The notes under the pieces are model-generated. The model worked only from the letters and a program-made list of their open reading frames with translations, had not been told where the DNA came from and did not search any database. A program made the position numbers and the translations under genes. Shown piece after piece: positions 49,599 through 58,692 of a stretch of 64,000 nucleotides of DNA. The stretch covers positions 1,152,001 through 1,216,000 of the forward strand of contig OZ243956.1 in assembly GCA_965214405.1 (NCBI GenBank). The letters run 5' to 3'. Source of the DNA: Trueperaceae bacterium (GTDB lineage: Bacteria; Deinococcota; Deinococci; Deinococcales; Trueperaceae). The stretch's first letter is position 1, and each line of letters starts with the position of its first letter.

Positions 49599-51617
49599 AT
49601 GGACAAAAACCAAGAAGTAGCCGTTATTGGCGCGGGGGACACGCCTGCGTACACCACAAAATGGCTCACGAGGCTCATCAGCATCATCGCAGTGGGCTTA
49701 AGTTTGTTTCAACTCTACGCGGCGGCACCCTTTTTTGCGCCCTTCAACCTATTTTTCTTACGCAGCGTCCACCTCTCTTTTATCTTGACGCTGGTTTTTC
49801 TCCTCTTCCCCGCTTTTGGCGCTAAACGCCCACGCGGCCCACTGGGCTGGCTTATCGACGGGACTTTTATAGCGGGAGCCGTCTACAGCGGCTATTACCT
49901 ATCAGCCAACCTAGACGCCATCATCAGCCGCGCGGGCTTTTGGGAAGGGAGCGACATCACCGCGGGCATCATCACCGTGGTGGTGCTGTTGGAGGGGTCG
50001 CGGCGCGTGATTGGCCTCAGCATGACGCTGATTGCGGGCGCGTTTATCGGCTACGCCTTTTTGGGTCCCTACATGCCCGGCATCTTGCAGCACCGCGGCT
50101 ACGACGTGAACCGCATCGTCGCGCAGCTTTATCTGGGTCAAGAAGGCATCTACGGCGTGCCGCTCGGCGTGGCGGCGACGTTTGTGTTTATTTTTATCCT
50201 CTTCGGCGCGTTTTTGGAGGTCACGGGCGGCGGGAAATTCTTTATCGACCTCGCTTACTCCGTGGCGGGTCGGCAGCGCGGGGGTCCCGCCAAAGCCTCG
50301 GTCATCGCCTCGGCGATGATGGGCTCCATCTCTGGAAGCGCGATTGCCAACGTGGTCACGACGGGCGCGTTTACGATTCCTTTGATGAAGCGCCTCGGCT
50401 ATAAGCCCCACGAGGCGGGCGGCATCGAGGCGGCGGCGAGCACGGGCGGGCAAATCATGCCGCCCATCATGGGCGCGGGCGCGTTTTTGATTGCGGAGTT
50501 TACGGGCTCCACTTACTTAGAAATCGTCAGGCTGAGCATCCTGCCCGCCATCATGTACTTTGCGACCGTCTACTTGTTCGTGGACATCTTAGCGGCGAAG
50601 CGCGGCATGAAGGGGATGGCGCGCTCAGAGCTGCCCAAAATCGGACAGGTGATGAAAGAAGGCTGGCATTTCCTATTGCCCATCTTCATCCTCGTGTTTT
50701 TCTTAATCATCAACGTGTCGCCCAGCTTGGTCGGCTTTATCGCTATTCTTTCGATTGTGGCGGTGGCAGTGCTTAAAGCGCTCACCCTACTCGCGGTGCC
50801 CGGTTTGAGAAACCAAAGCGAAGAATCAGAAAGCCTCGCCGACGCTTCCGTGCGGGGGGCGAAGAAGCTGTGGGAGGCGCTCGAGACCGGAGCCAAAAAC
50901 GCCTTCATGGTCTCGACGGCCTGCGCGGTGGCGGGCATCATCGTCGGGATCGTCGGGCTTACGGGGCTGGGCCTCAAGTTTTCGGCGATGGTTTTATCGT
51001 TCTCGTTCGGCAACATCTTGCTGGCGCTCCTGCTGGTGATTCTGGCCTCGCTGGTGCTGGGGATGGGCCTGCCCGTGACCGCCTCGTACATCGTGCTCAT
51101 CGTTTTGGCCGGACCCGCGCTCACCAACGAGTTCGGCATCCCCTTAATCATCGCGCACCTGCTCGTGTTCTGGTACTCACAAGATTCCAACGTGACGCCG
51201 CCTGTGGCGCTGGCGGCCTTTGCGGGGGCGGGCATCGCCGGGTCGGACCCGATGCGGACCGGGGTGGCGGCGTGGAAGTTTGCCAAGGGGCTTTATTTGA
51301 TTCCGCTCTTTATGGTGTTCAACCCCGAATTCATCACGGGCGGCCCTATCTTGATTGTCATCTGGACGGTCGTCACCGCCTTTGCGGCCTTGGGTGCGTT
51401 CGCGGCGGCTCTGGAAGGGTATATGTTTACGCACATGTACCTCGTCTCGAGGCTCGCGGTCACGTTGGGAATGGTCGGTATCTTCTGGCCTAACCACTGG
51501 GCTGAAGTCGCCGGGTTCGCGCTTATTATGCTGGTGCTGGGCGTGAACTGGACCAAGGCGCAGCGGGAGAAGCGGGAGGCGGGGGTGGGGCTCGAGCCTT
51601 CTGAAAGTTCCGCCTAA
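49599..51617 (+). CDS. TRAP transporter fused (4TM/12TM) permease
   Basis: GGPAKASV, SGSAIANVVTTG, EAAASTGGQIMPPIMG, LGMGLP, TPPVALAAF. Confidence 0.95.
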   Translation: MDKNQEVAVIGAGDTPAYTTKWLTRLISIIAVGLSLFQLYAAAPFFAPFNLFFLRSVHLSFILTLVFLLFPAFGAKRPRGPLGWLIDGTFIAGAVYSGYYLSANLDAIISRAGFWEGSDITAGIITVVVLLEGSRRVIGLSMTLIAGAFIGYAFLGPYMPGILQHRGYDVNRIVAQLYLGQEGIYGVPLGVAATFVFIFILFGAFLEVTGGGKFFIDLAYSVAGRQRGGPAKASVIASAMMGSISGSAIANVVTTGAFTIPLMKRLGYKPHEAGGIEAAASTGGQIMPPIMGAGAFLIAEFTGSTYLEIVRLSILPAIMYFATVYLFVDILAAKRGMKGMARSELPKIGQVMKEGWHFLLPIFILVFFLIINVSPSLVGFIAILSIVAVAVLKALTLLAVPGLRNQSEESESLADASVRGAKKLWEALETGAKNAFMVSTACAVAGIIVGIVGLTGLGLKFSAMVLSFSFGNILLALLLVILASLVLGMGLPVTASYIVLIVLAGPALTNEFGIPLIIAHLLVFWYSQDSNVTPPVALAAFAGAGIAGSDPMRTGVAAWKFAKGLYLIPLFMVFNPEFITGGPILIVIWTVVTAFAALGAFAAALEGYMFTHMYLVSRLAVTLGMVGIFWPNHWAEVAGFALIMLVLGVNWTKAQREKREAGVGLEPSESSA

Positions 51618-51644
51618 CGCGCCCCGTGCTGTACACTGATTCTC

Positions 51645-52787
51645 ATGCAAGTGACTTCCGCGCAAGACACCGCCACCGAACGCGCCAGAGAAATAGCCAA
51701 AGGTTTCGCCGCCCGCGCAGGCGACGCCGACGCTCGAGGTGAGCTTCCGGCGGAGGACGTGCAGGCGCTGCGGGATTCTGGTCTTCTAAGCCTGAGCGTC
51801 CCCAAAAGTCACGGCGAGGCGGGCGCGTCGCTCAAAGAATGTGTGGAGGTGCTGCTCGAGCTCGCCCAAGGCAGCACCTCCACCGCGCTGGTGGCCGCCA
51901 TGCAGTTTCACATTTTTGGTCACGCTCGAGAAACCCAGCCTTGGCCGGAGGAGGTATTTACCCACTTCTGCGAGGAGGCGGCGCGCGGCAAGCTCTTTAA
52001 TTCCGCGGCGAGCGAACCCAAACTCGGCTCCCCGTCGCGGGGCGGCTTACCGCAGACAAACGCCGTTCTGGAAGGTGATACCCTCACCGTCAACGGCCAT
52101 AAAACCTGGGTCACGGGCGGCGAGCACCTAGACCATCTGCTCGTCGGCTTGCGTTTTGAAGACGCGTCCGCCGTCGTGTGGGTGCCGAGCGCCACCCCCG
52201 GCGTCTCCTGGCGCAAGACCTGGGGCACGGGTTTAAGCGTGCGCGCCAGCGACTCGCACGACGTGGTGTTTGAGAACGTGCGGGTGCCTGCGAATCACCT
52301 CATCCAGCACGGGACGGCGCAAAGAAATAAAGCTGGTCCTAACATGTGGTTTCCGATGCTGATAGCGGCGACTTATCTGGGTACTGCTCTGGCGGCTCGA
52401 GACACGGTCGTCCGCTACGCCCTGGAGCGCGTGCCGACGGCGCTGGGCCGCCCCATCGCCACGCTGCCCAACATCCAGCGTCAGATTGGGGAGTTGGAGG
52501 TCGCCCTGGAGGCCGCGCAGACGCTCCTCCTAAACGTCGCCGCGGGCTGGACGGGTGACGAGAACCGTGAAGCGTACTTCCCGCGCGTCGCAGCGGCCAA
52601 ACACCTTGCCACCGAAACTGCGATTGCGGTAACCGACAAGGCGCTGCGGATTGCGGGAGGTGCGGGCGTGGGTAAAGGGCTGCCGCTCGAGCGCCTCTTC
52701 CGCGACGTGCGCGCAGGACTCATGCACCCACCTTCGGGGGACAGTGCTTTGGAGCTTATAGGAAAGAGTGCATTGGGGCTGGACTAA
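51645..52787 (+). CDS. Acyl-CoA dehydrogenase-family flavoprotein (YdbM-like group)
   Basis: NSAASEP..GSPSRGGLP, NGHKTWVTG, LPLERLFRDVRAG.MHPP. Confidence 0.88.
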   Translation: MQVTSAQDTATERAREIAKGFAARAGDADARGELPAEDVQALRDSGLLSLSVPKSHGEAGASLKECVEVLLELAQGSTSTALVAAMQFHIFGHARETQPWPEEVFTHFCEEAARGKLFNSAASEPKLGSPSRGGLPQTNAVLEGDTLTVNGHKTWVTGGEHLDHLLVGLRFEDASAVVWVPSATPGVSWRKTWGTGLSVRASDSHDVVFENVRVPANHLIQHGTAQRNKAGPNMWFPMLIAATYLGTALAARDTVVRYALERVPTALGRPIATLPNIQRQIGELEVALEAAQTLLLNVAAGWTGDENREAYFPRVAAAKHLATETAIAVTDKALRIAGGAGVGKGLPLERLFRDVRAGLMHPPSGDSALELIGKSALGLD

Positions 52788-53971
52788 GCCTCGAGCACCC
52801 GCCCAAACCGCTCCACCACCTCGTCCACCTCCGCACGAGTGATAATCAGCGGCGGCACGAAGCGAATCACCGTCGCGCCCGCGTTGATGGTCATCACGCC
52901 CGCGTCTTTTAGCGCGTCGATATAGGGTGCGGCCTTTTCTTTCAGCTCCACGCCGATCATCAGGCCCAGCCCGCGCACTGTGCGGATCTTGGGGGAAGGG
53001 AGCGCGCGTAACCGCTCTTGAAAGTAGCTGCCGACCTCGAGGGCATTCTCGAGCAGCCTCCTCTCCTCTATCTCCTCCAACACCGCCAGCCCCGCCGCCG
53101 CCGCCAGCGGGTTGCCGCCAAAGGTCGTGCCGTGCCCGCCCTTGGGCATCCCCAGCGCCACCGCCTCAGTCATCAGCAGCGCGCCGATGGGCACGCCGCC
53201 GCCCAGGCCCTTGGCAAGCGTAACCATGTCGGGCGCGACGCCGTAGTGTTCGGTCGCCAGAAATTTGCCCGTGCGCCCGACGCCCGTCTGCACCTCGTCC
53301 ATGATAAGGAGCGTGCCGCGCTCGAGGGTAAGGCGGCGGGCAGCCTCGAGAAACTCCCTCTCGGCAGGATGCACGCCGCCCTCGCCTTGGATGGGCTCCA
53401 AAAACACCGCCGCCGTCTCGTCAGTAATGAACTCGTCTAACTCCTCAACCTTGTTGTAAGCGATAAAGTCGTTTTCATACTTGAGAGGTTCGAAGGGCTC
53501 GCGGTACTTTTTCTCCCAAGTAATCGAAAGCACGCCCATCGTCCGGCCCGAGAAGCCGCGCTTGGCCGACACGAAGCGCGGGCGGCCCGTCACCGCGCGC
53601 GCCCACTTCAAGGCCGCCTCGTTCACTTCGGAGCCTGAGTTCGCCATAAAGACGCGCGTCAGACCCGTCCACTCGGGGATGAACTCGAATAATTTGTTAT
53701 AAAACCGCACGCGCGTGTCGCTGCCCAAGTTCTGCGGGCAGACGATGAGCTTTTGCGCTTGTTCGGAAACGGCTTTGGCTAAGCGAGCGTTAGCGTGCCC
53801 CACGCTCGCCACCGCGATGCCCGCTAAGCAGTCGATGTAGGCGTTACCGTCCGCGTCGTAAATCATCACGCCGTCGCCGTGGGTAAAGACGATGTTCGGG
53901 TTCCACAGTCCCGAGTTGTGTTCGGCGTCGCCCTCTAAAATCTCTTGCGTTTTGTTCTTGACTTGGGTCAT
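52784..53971 (-). CDS. lysJ: [LysW]-aminoadipate semialdehyde transaminase (class III PLP)
   Basis: [37 protein letters not shown]; near lysZ; GGGAGG RBS. Confidence 0.88.
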   Translation of the reverse strand: MTQVKNKTQEILEGDAEHNSGLWNPNIVFTHGDGVMIYDADGNAYIDCLAGIAVASVGHANARLAKAVSEQAQKLIVCPQNLGSDTRVRFYNKLFEFIPEWTGLTRVFMANSGSEVNEAALKWARAVTGRPRFVSAKRGFSGRTMGVLSITWEKKYREPFEPLKYENDFIAYNKVEELDEFITDETAAVFLEPIQGEGGVHPAEREFLEAARRLTLERGTLLIMDEVQTGVGRTGKFLATEHYGVAPDMVTLAKGLGGGVPIGALLMTEAVALGMPKGGHGTTFGGNPLAAAAGLAVLEEIEERRLLENALEVGSYFQERLRALPSPKIRTVRGLGLMIGVELKEKAAPYIDALKDAGVMTINAGATVIRFVPPLIITRAEVDEVVERFGRVLEA

Positions 53972-54005
53972 AAAACCTCCCTAATTCGCATAACGTATTT
54001 TTATT

Positions 54006-54479
54006 CTATCTCACCGCATAAAACGTCACGGTTGGCCCATAATCATCTGGCTCGGTTGCAAACGTAACATCAAACTTCACCTCAGGAAACTGCATCTGGA
54101 GCGCGGCCCGCCAGGATTGTTGCAGGGTTAGCGCGAGGTATTCATAAACTTTCAAGTCGTATTCACCGTGATTTTTTGTGGGATTCTCAAACAAGTCGTA
54201 AATGTGAACGTGGTTTATCACAGCTTCCACACGCGATTTATCACCTTCTAAACTGTCAAGCCAGTCGGTGAGGCTTGTTTTGGCGTAGTTTGGGGCGAGC
54301 AGGTAGCAGCCTTCAACCTCGACGATTTTGGGCCAGAAATACTCGGCGAAGGCTACGGCAAGATCGAGATTTCCGTAATAGTACAGGTAGTCGCTCATGC
54401 TGAGGTCAGCTCCCACCCAAGTTCCTGCCCAAGCCTTGAAATCCTTTAATTCATTAACATCTAGCTCAGGGCGCTTCAT
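54006..54479 (-). CDS. Hypothetical acidic protein inserted between lysZ and lysJ (immunity-like)
   Basis: 157 aa, start overlaps lysZ stop; FWP..VEVEGC.LL, VEAVINHVHI.DLF, DYGPTVTFY; lower GC. Confidence 0.78.
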   Translation of the reverse strand: MKRPELDVNELKDFKAWAGTWVGADLSMSDYLYYYGNLDLAVAFAEYFWPKIVEVEGCYLLAPNYAKTSLTDWLDSLEGDKSRVEAVINHVHIYDLFENPTKNHGEYDLKVYEYLALTLQQSWRAALQMQFPEVKFDVTFATEPDDYGPTVTFYAVR

Positions 54480-55317
54480 CCGTTATCACCGTTCCCCTAC
54501 CCGCCAACGCGCTCTGAATTGGCTTCTGAACTCGAGCGTCCCCAAACACCACCCGCTTCACCCCGCCCGCTACCGCCTCGGCTGCGCCCAACACTTTCTT
54601 TTTCATGCGGCCCTCGGCAAACTCGAGATACTCCCCCACCTCTCCCGCCGGAATAGCTTTAATCAAACTCGTTTCGTCGGGGAAGTTGCGTAGCAAACCG
54701 GGAACGTTGGAGAGGAGCAGGAGCGCGTCGGCTTTCAAAGCAACGGCCACGGCGGCGGCGGCGCGGTCACCGTCTACATTGACGGCCACACCTTCAAAGC
54801 TCGAGCCGGGCGGAGTCAAAACAGGCAGGTAGTTATTTGCGAGGAGAAGCTCGAGCAACCCTACGTTCACCCGCTCCACCGTCCCCGTGTGGTCGCCGCG
54901 CAAAATTTTGACTTTGCCGTTTTCGACGCTGCGGACGCTTTTCTTGTGCTTGCCCTCGAAGATGCGCCCGTCCAGACCGGACAAGCCGACCGCGTTGACC
55001 CCGCGCCGCTGAAGGCGCTCCACCAGTCCCTTATTTACCTTGCCGCAGTAGACCATCTCGAAAATCTCTAAGGTCTCGCGGTCTGTGTAGCGGCTCGAGT
55101 ATCCGCTTGGAGACGTCACAAAGACGGGCGGACGCCCCAGCGACGCGGCGACGCGGTTCGTTTCGGCGGAGCCGCCGTGGACGAGGACGAGTCGCTCTCC
55201 CCTTTTCCACAGGTCCGCCACATCATCACAGAGCGCGTCGTAGTCGATACCGAGTGAACCGCCGACTTTGATAACAATCACAGGGGAATCTCCGTCACGG
55301 GGCAACCTCGAGGTCAT
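54466..55317 (-). CDS. lysZ: [LysW]-aminoadipate kinase
   Basis: VIKVGGS, LVHGGS, VTSPSGYSSRYTD, NVDGDRAAA, LLSNVPGL, GRMKKKV. Confidence 0.92.
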   Translation of the reverse strand: MTSRLPRDGDSPVIVIKVGGSLGIDYDALCDDVADLWKRGERLVLVHGGSAETNRVAASLGRPPVFVTSPSGYSSRYTDRETLEIFEMVYCGKVNKGLVERLQRRGVNAVGLSGLDGRIFEGKHKKSVRSVENGKVKILRGDHTGTVERVNVGLLELLLANNYLPVLTPPGSSFEGVAVNVDGDRAAAAVAVALKADALLLLSNVPGLLRNFPDETSLIKAIPAGEVGEYLEFAEGRMKKKVLGAAEAVAGGVKRVVFGDARVQKPIQSALAGRGTVITDEAP

Positions 55318-55399
55318 GTTACCTTGAAGGGTAGGGCGCTGGGTTCAGGTGTTTGAAGGACGAACGGCTTTTACGCCAGAAAGCGATAAGCATTAGCTA

Positions 55400-55738
55400 A
55401 TGAAAGGTTTACACGAACTTTTGAAAGACTTTCACATATGGGGCCAAGCCATTTATCCGGGTGAGTTTAGCTACTTCCCCAGTCTTGGTAAGGAGTTCAA
55501 AAGCGTAGAGATTGATTTCGACCACGCGAGAAGCCAAATTGTTTCTCTAATTGAAGGTCTTTTTGAAGAGCGGTTTACGCATCCTCAAAACGCAATTCAG
55601 AATAATCTTGACGACTTAGAATTGATTGAAAAAGCTTTAAGACAAAAAACCGCCAATGAGAAGGACATATTGGTATACGTTACTTGGATTCAAACATCTC
55701 GAGCTCTGTTGAGGAAGGCTCTGAGGCTTTATGTTTAA
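55400..55738 (+). CDS. Hypothetical protein, markedly AT-rich
   Basis: 112-aa ORF filling the gap between lysZ and the GGDEF gene. Confidence 0.6.
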   Translation: MKGLHELLKDFHIWGQAIYPGEFSYFPSLGKEFKSVEIDFDHARSQIVSLIEGLFEERFTHPQNAIQNNLDDLELIEKALRQKTANEKDILVYVTWIQTSRALLRKALRLYV

Positions 55739-55771
55739 CGCATTTGAATCATGGCGTAAGATTTCTATAAT

Positions 55772-57652
55772 CTACCCGCACACCCTGTTGCGGCCCCCCT
55801 GCTTGGCCTCGTAGAGCTTTTTATCAGCCAGAGAGAGCAGCTTTTCATACTCACTGTGATTCTCACCTTGGGGATGAGCTCGAGCCTCAGCCAAACTCGC
55901 CACACCCACACTCACCGTGACGCTCAAATCGGGGTGAAGCGTCGCCCAAGGATGAGTCTGAACCGACCGGCGGACGCTCTCGCACGCCGCGCGCGCGCCC
56001 GCGGCGTGCGTCTCAGGGAAGAGCAGCACGAACTCTTCGCCGCCGTAGCGGGCGACGACGTCGACCGTGCGCGTGCTCTCGCGCAGGAGCCGCGCCAGCA
56101 CCCTCAGCACCTCGTCGCCGACGCCGTGCGAGAAGGTGTCGTTAACGCTTTTGAAGTGGTCGATGTCCAGAAGCGCCACACTTAGGGGGGTGCGAAAGCG
56201 CTTGGAGCGCAGCCATTCGGCCTCGAAACGCTCGACGAAGTGGCGGCGGTTGTAGAGGCCGGTGAGCGGGTCTTCTCGAGCCTGCTTTTCAAGCTTGACC
56301 AGCAGCTCCGACTTTTCTCGGCCCGCCTCCCGTAAGGACGCGGTCAGCGCCTCTAATTCGGCGTTGGCGCGGGAGAGTTCGACGTTCTTGAGGCGGGTCG
56401 CGCCCTCTCTTTCCTTGCGCTCGGCCTCGAAGGTGATGCGAAGGCCCGCCATCTTGCTGGCCGAGGTTTCGTTAAAGACCTCGTCTTTGAGCGCGCAGTA
56501 GCGTTCAAAGTGCTTTAAGGCCCCGCCCAAATCTCCCGCGCGCTTGCACCATTCGGCGAGCGCCCGGTGCGCCCGGTAGCGGTCGCCTTTGGACCCGACA
56601 CTCTCCGCCACTGTAAGCGCCTCCCCGAGTGTGACGCGCGCCTCCTCAACCTCGCCCCGCCGGGTGAGCCATTCGCCCAGCGCGAGAAGCGTTTCGGAGA
56701 GGCTTTTGTTGTCGCCGACGTCTCGCTTAATATCCAGACTCTCGAGAAAATACGTTTCCGCCTGCGGGTGCTCGAGCCCCGCGTAAACGGTGCCCAGATT
56801 CCCCAGCGACTCCCCCACACCCTGCCGGTCGCCGATGGCCTCGCGGAGCGCCAAGCTCTTTTGGTGAAAGGCTCGCGCGCGTTCAAAATCTCCCAGCGCG
56901 TGGTGGACGAGCCCAATGTTGTTGAGTGTGCTGGCCCTGGCGTGCTCGTCTTGAAGCGTCTCGAGCAGCCCAAGCGCCTCGAGCAGATACCTCAGCGCTT
57001 CCTTAAAGTCACCCAGTTTGTAGAGCGTAAACCCAATGTTGTTGAGCGAGCGCGACCGGCTCAGCGGGTCACCCGGTGAGGCGCGGTCCTCGAGCGTTTT
57101 AAGCGTGCGCAAATGATAAGCCAGCGCGCTCTGGTAGTCGCCCAAATAAAAATGCACCGCGCCGATGTTGTTAAATACGGCGACCTCGCGCGCCTTGTCG
57201 CCCAGGGTTTCGCAAAGCCGCCGCACCCTCAAAAAACTCTCAAGCGCGGTGGTGAGGTTTCCCGTCATGATGTGGACCGCGCCGAGCGTCGAGAGCGTGC
57301 CCTCGAGACCGCGCGCGTCGTCAAGCGCCTCAAAAAGGTTCAGCGCCTCCCTCGCGTGAGCGAGCGCCGCGTCGTAGTTTGACAGGCGGAAAAAACAGAA
57401 ACCCTGGTTGCGGAGGCTGTAAGCGAGCCCCCGCCGGTCGCCCAGCCCCTGCGCCAGCGCGCGCGCCTCCTTGCTCAGCTCGAGCGCGCGCGTCGTGTTC
57501 GTATATCTAAGCTCCCAGGCGAGCGCGTTGAGCGCGTCCAAGCGCGCGGACGGTTCGGTGAGGGTGACGAGCCGCGCCTCGAGCGCCCCAACGTTCAACA
57601 GCGCTGAGGCATGTTCATTGGGGGTAGACTTGCGAGCTCGAGATGCCGACAT
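55772..57652 (-). CDS. TPR-repeat diguanylate cyclase
   Basis: Multiple TPR units (LNNIG.., LGNLG..), DPLTGLYNRR, RTVD..RYGGEEF; start 57652 has TATGAT 6 nt upstream. Confidence 0.93.
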   Translation of the reverse strand: MSASRARKSTPNEHASALLNVGALEARLVTLTEPSARLDALNALAWELRYTNTTRALELSKEARALAQGLGDRRGLAYSLRNQGFCFFRLSNYDAALAHAREALNLFEALDDARGLEGTLSTLGAVHIMTGNLTTALESFLRVRRLCETLGDKAREVAVFNNIGAVHFYLGDYQSALAYHLRTLKTLEDRASPGDPLSRSRSLNNIGFTLYKLGDFKEALRYLLEALGLLETLQDEHARASTLNNIGLVHHALGDFERARAFHQKSLALREAIGDRQGVGESLGNLGTVYAGLEHPQAETYFLESLDIKRDVGDNKSLSETLLALGEWLTRRGEVEEARVTLGEALTVAESVGSKGDRYRAHRALAEWCKRAGDLGGALKHFERYCALKDEVFNETSASKMAGLRITFEAERKEREGATRLKNVELSRANAELEALTASLREAGREKSELLVKLEKQAREDPLTGLYNRRHFVERFEAEWLRSKRFRTPLSVALLDIDHFKSVNDTFSHGVGDEVLRVLARLLRESTRTVDVVARYGGEEFVLLFPETHAAGARAACESVRRSVQTHPWATLHPDLSVTVSVGVASLAEARAHPQGENHSEYEKLLSLADKKLYEAKQGGRNRVCG

Positions 57653-58185
57653 AGCCCCATCATAAGGGTGCGCCATCACGGCGTTCTTACAGTCTTTGCG
57701 GTATGAAAAATATAACTGCAAAAAGCAGGCACGCTGGTTTTTCCCGGCACACGCAGCTTCTGGCCTCCGCCCCCAATCTTGACCCGACACGCTGGCGCGT
57801 CACTCTGGTCGTGGTGAACAGCCGTGATGCGTTAGTCGCCGAGCCCACGGGCGAAAGGACTCTGGCGCTCTTTCACGGGCTGCGGGCCGGAGCGCGTGGG
57901 CTGAGGCTCTAAGAGGGTCTCCACCCTACTCATGGTGAGCGGGGGCAACGTGAGCTTAGCGTGATTTGTTAAGCTTTTATCATGAGCATCATAAAGAAGC
58001 CATAGCACGCGTTTCTGCTTTCCTAAAGACGAAAGTATCGAGCACCTAGGACTGAATTCAGAGGGTCTCACTCGGCACTTTCCACTCGGCACTCTCGTCT
58101 CTGAACGCTCCCGAGGAGGCGTGATAAAAGCCTGCGTGGCTTGTGAAGGCGCAACAAACGCGTCAGGAGAAAGTATGATAGGCCG

Positions 58186-58602
58186 ATGCTGTCACCGCTC
58201 ATCGTTATTTTGCTGCTCTTTTACGCCCTGCTGGTTGCCACGGCGCTGCTCGTCTGGCTGACGCTCACGCTTCCTAGAAAAAGGGTTACGAGAGACAGAG
58301 AAGGGCGCGAAACACCCTCCGCGTCGCGGCGTGCGCCCAAAGTCGAACCTCAGGTCGCCGTGGCTCGACCCGCTGAGCCCGCTACGGGGTCTTCTCTTGA
58401 GCGTCCCCTTGCGTCTCCCAGAGACCTCCCCGGCAACCTCTCCACATCCCGCCCCACCAACGACGCGACGCGGGGCGCGTGGGCGAAAAGGGAGTCCGGC
58501 GAGGCACAAACCGAGGCTCGCGTCAAAACTAAAGAAAAAGATAAAGAAGACGACCCTTTCGAGCGTTTTGTGCGCTCGAGGCGCGACGACTTAGACCTCT
58601 AA
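58186..58602 (+). CDS. Hypothetical single-pass membrane protein with disordered tail ending DDPFERFV
   Basis: N-terminal hydrophobic helix; TATGAT 6 nt upstream of ATG. Confidence 0.7.
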   Translation: MLSPLIVILLLFYALLVATALLVWLTLTLPRKRVTRDREGRETPSASRRAPKVEPQVAVARPAEPATGSSLERPLASPRDLPGNLSTSRPTNDATRGAWAKRESGEAQTEARVKTKEKDKEDDPFERFVRSRRDDLDL

Positions 58603-58692
58603 AAAGTTTCAGATAGGTCCTAAGAGAGTGGGCCTCACAGCGTGACGGTTTGGCGTTAAAAAAGTTTGCTGACGCTCGCGCGGGAGAGAACC

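Noticed and set aside
53985..54005. GTTATGC after the orphan gene as an integron attC core site
   Set aside because: No matching inverse core site or attC-length hairpin, and no integrase in the window
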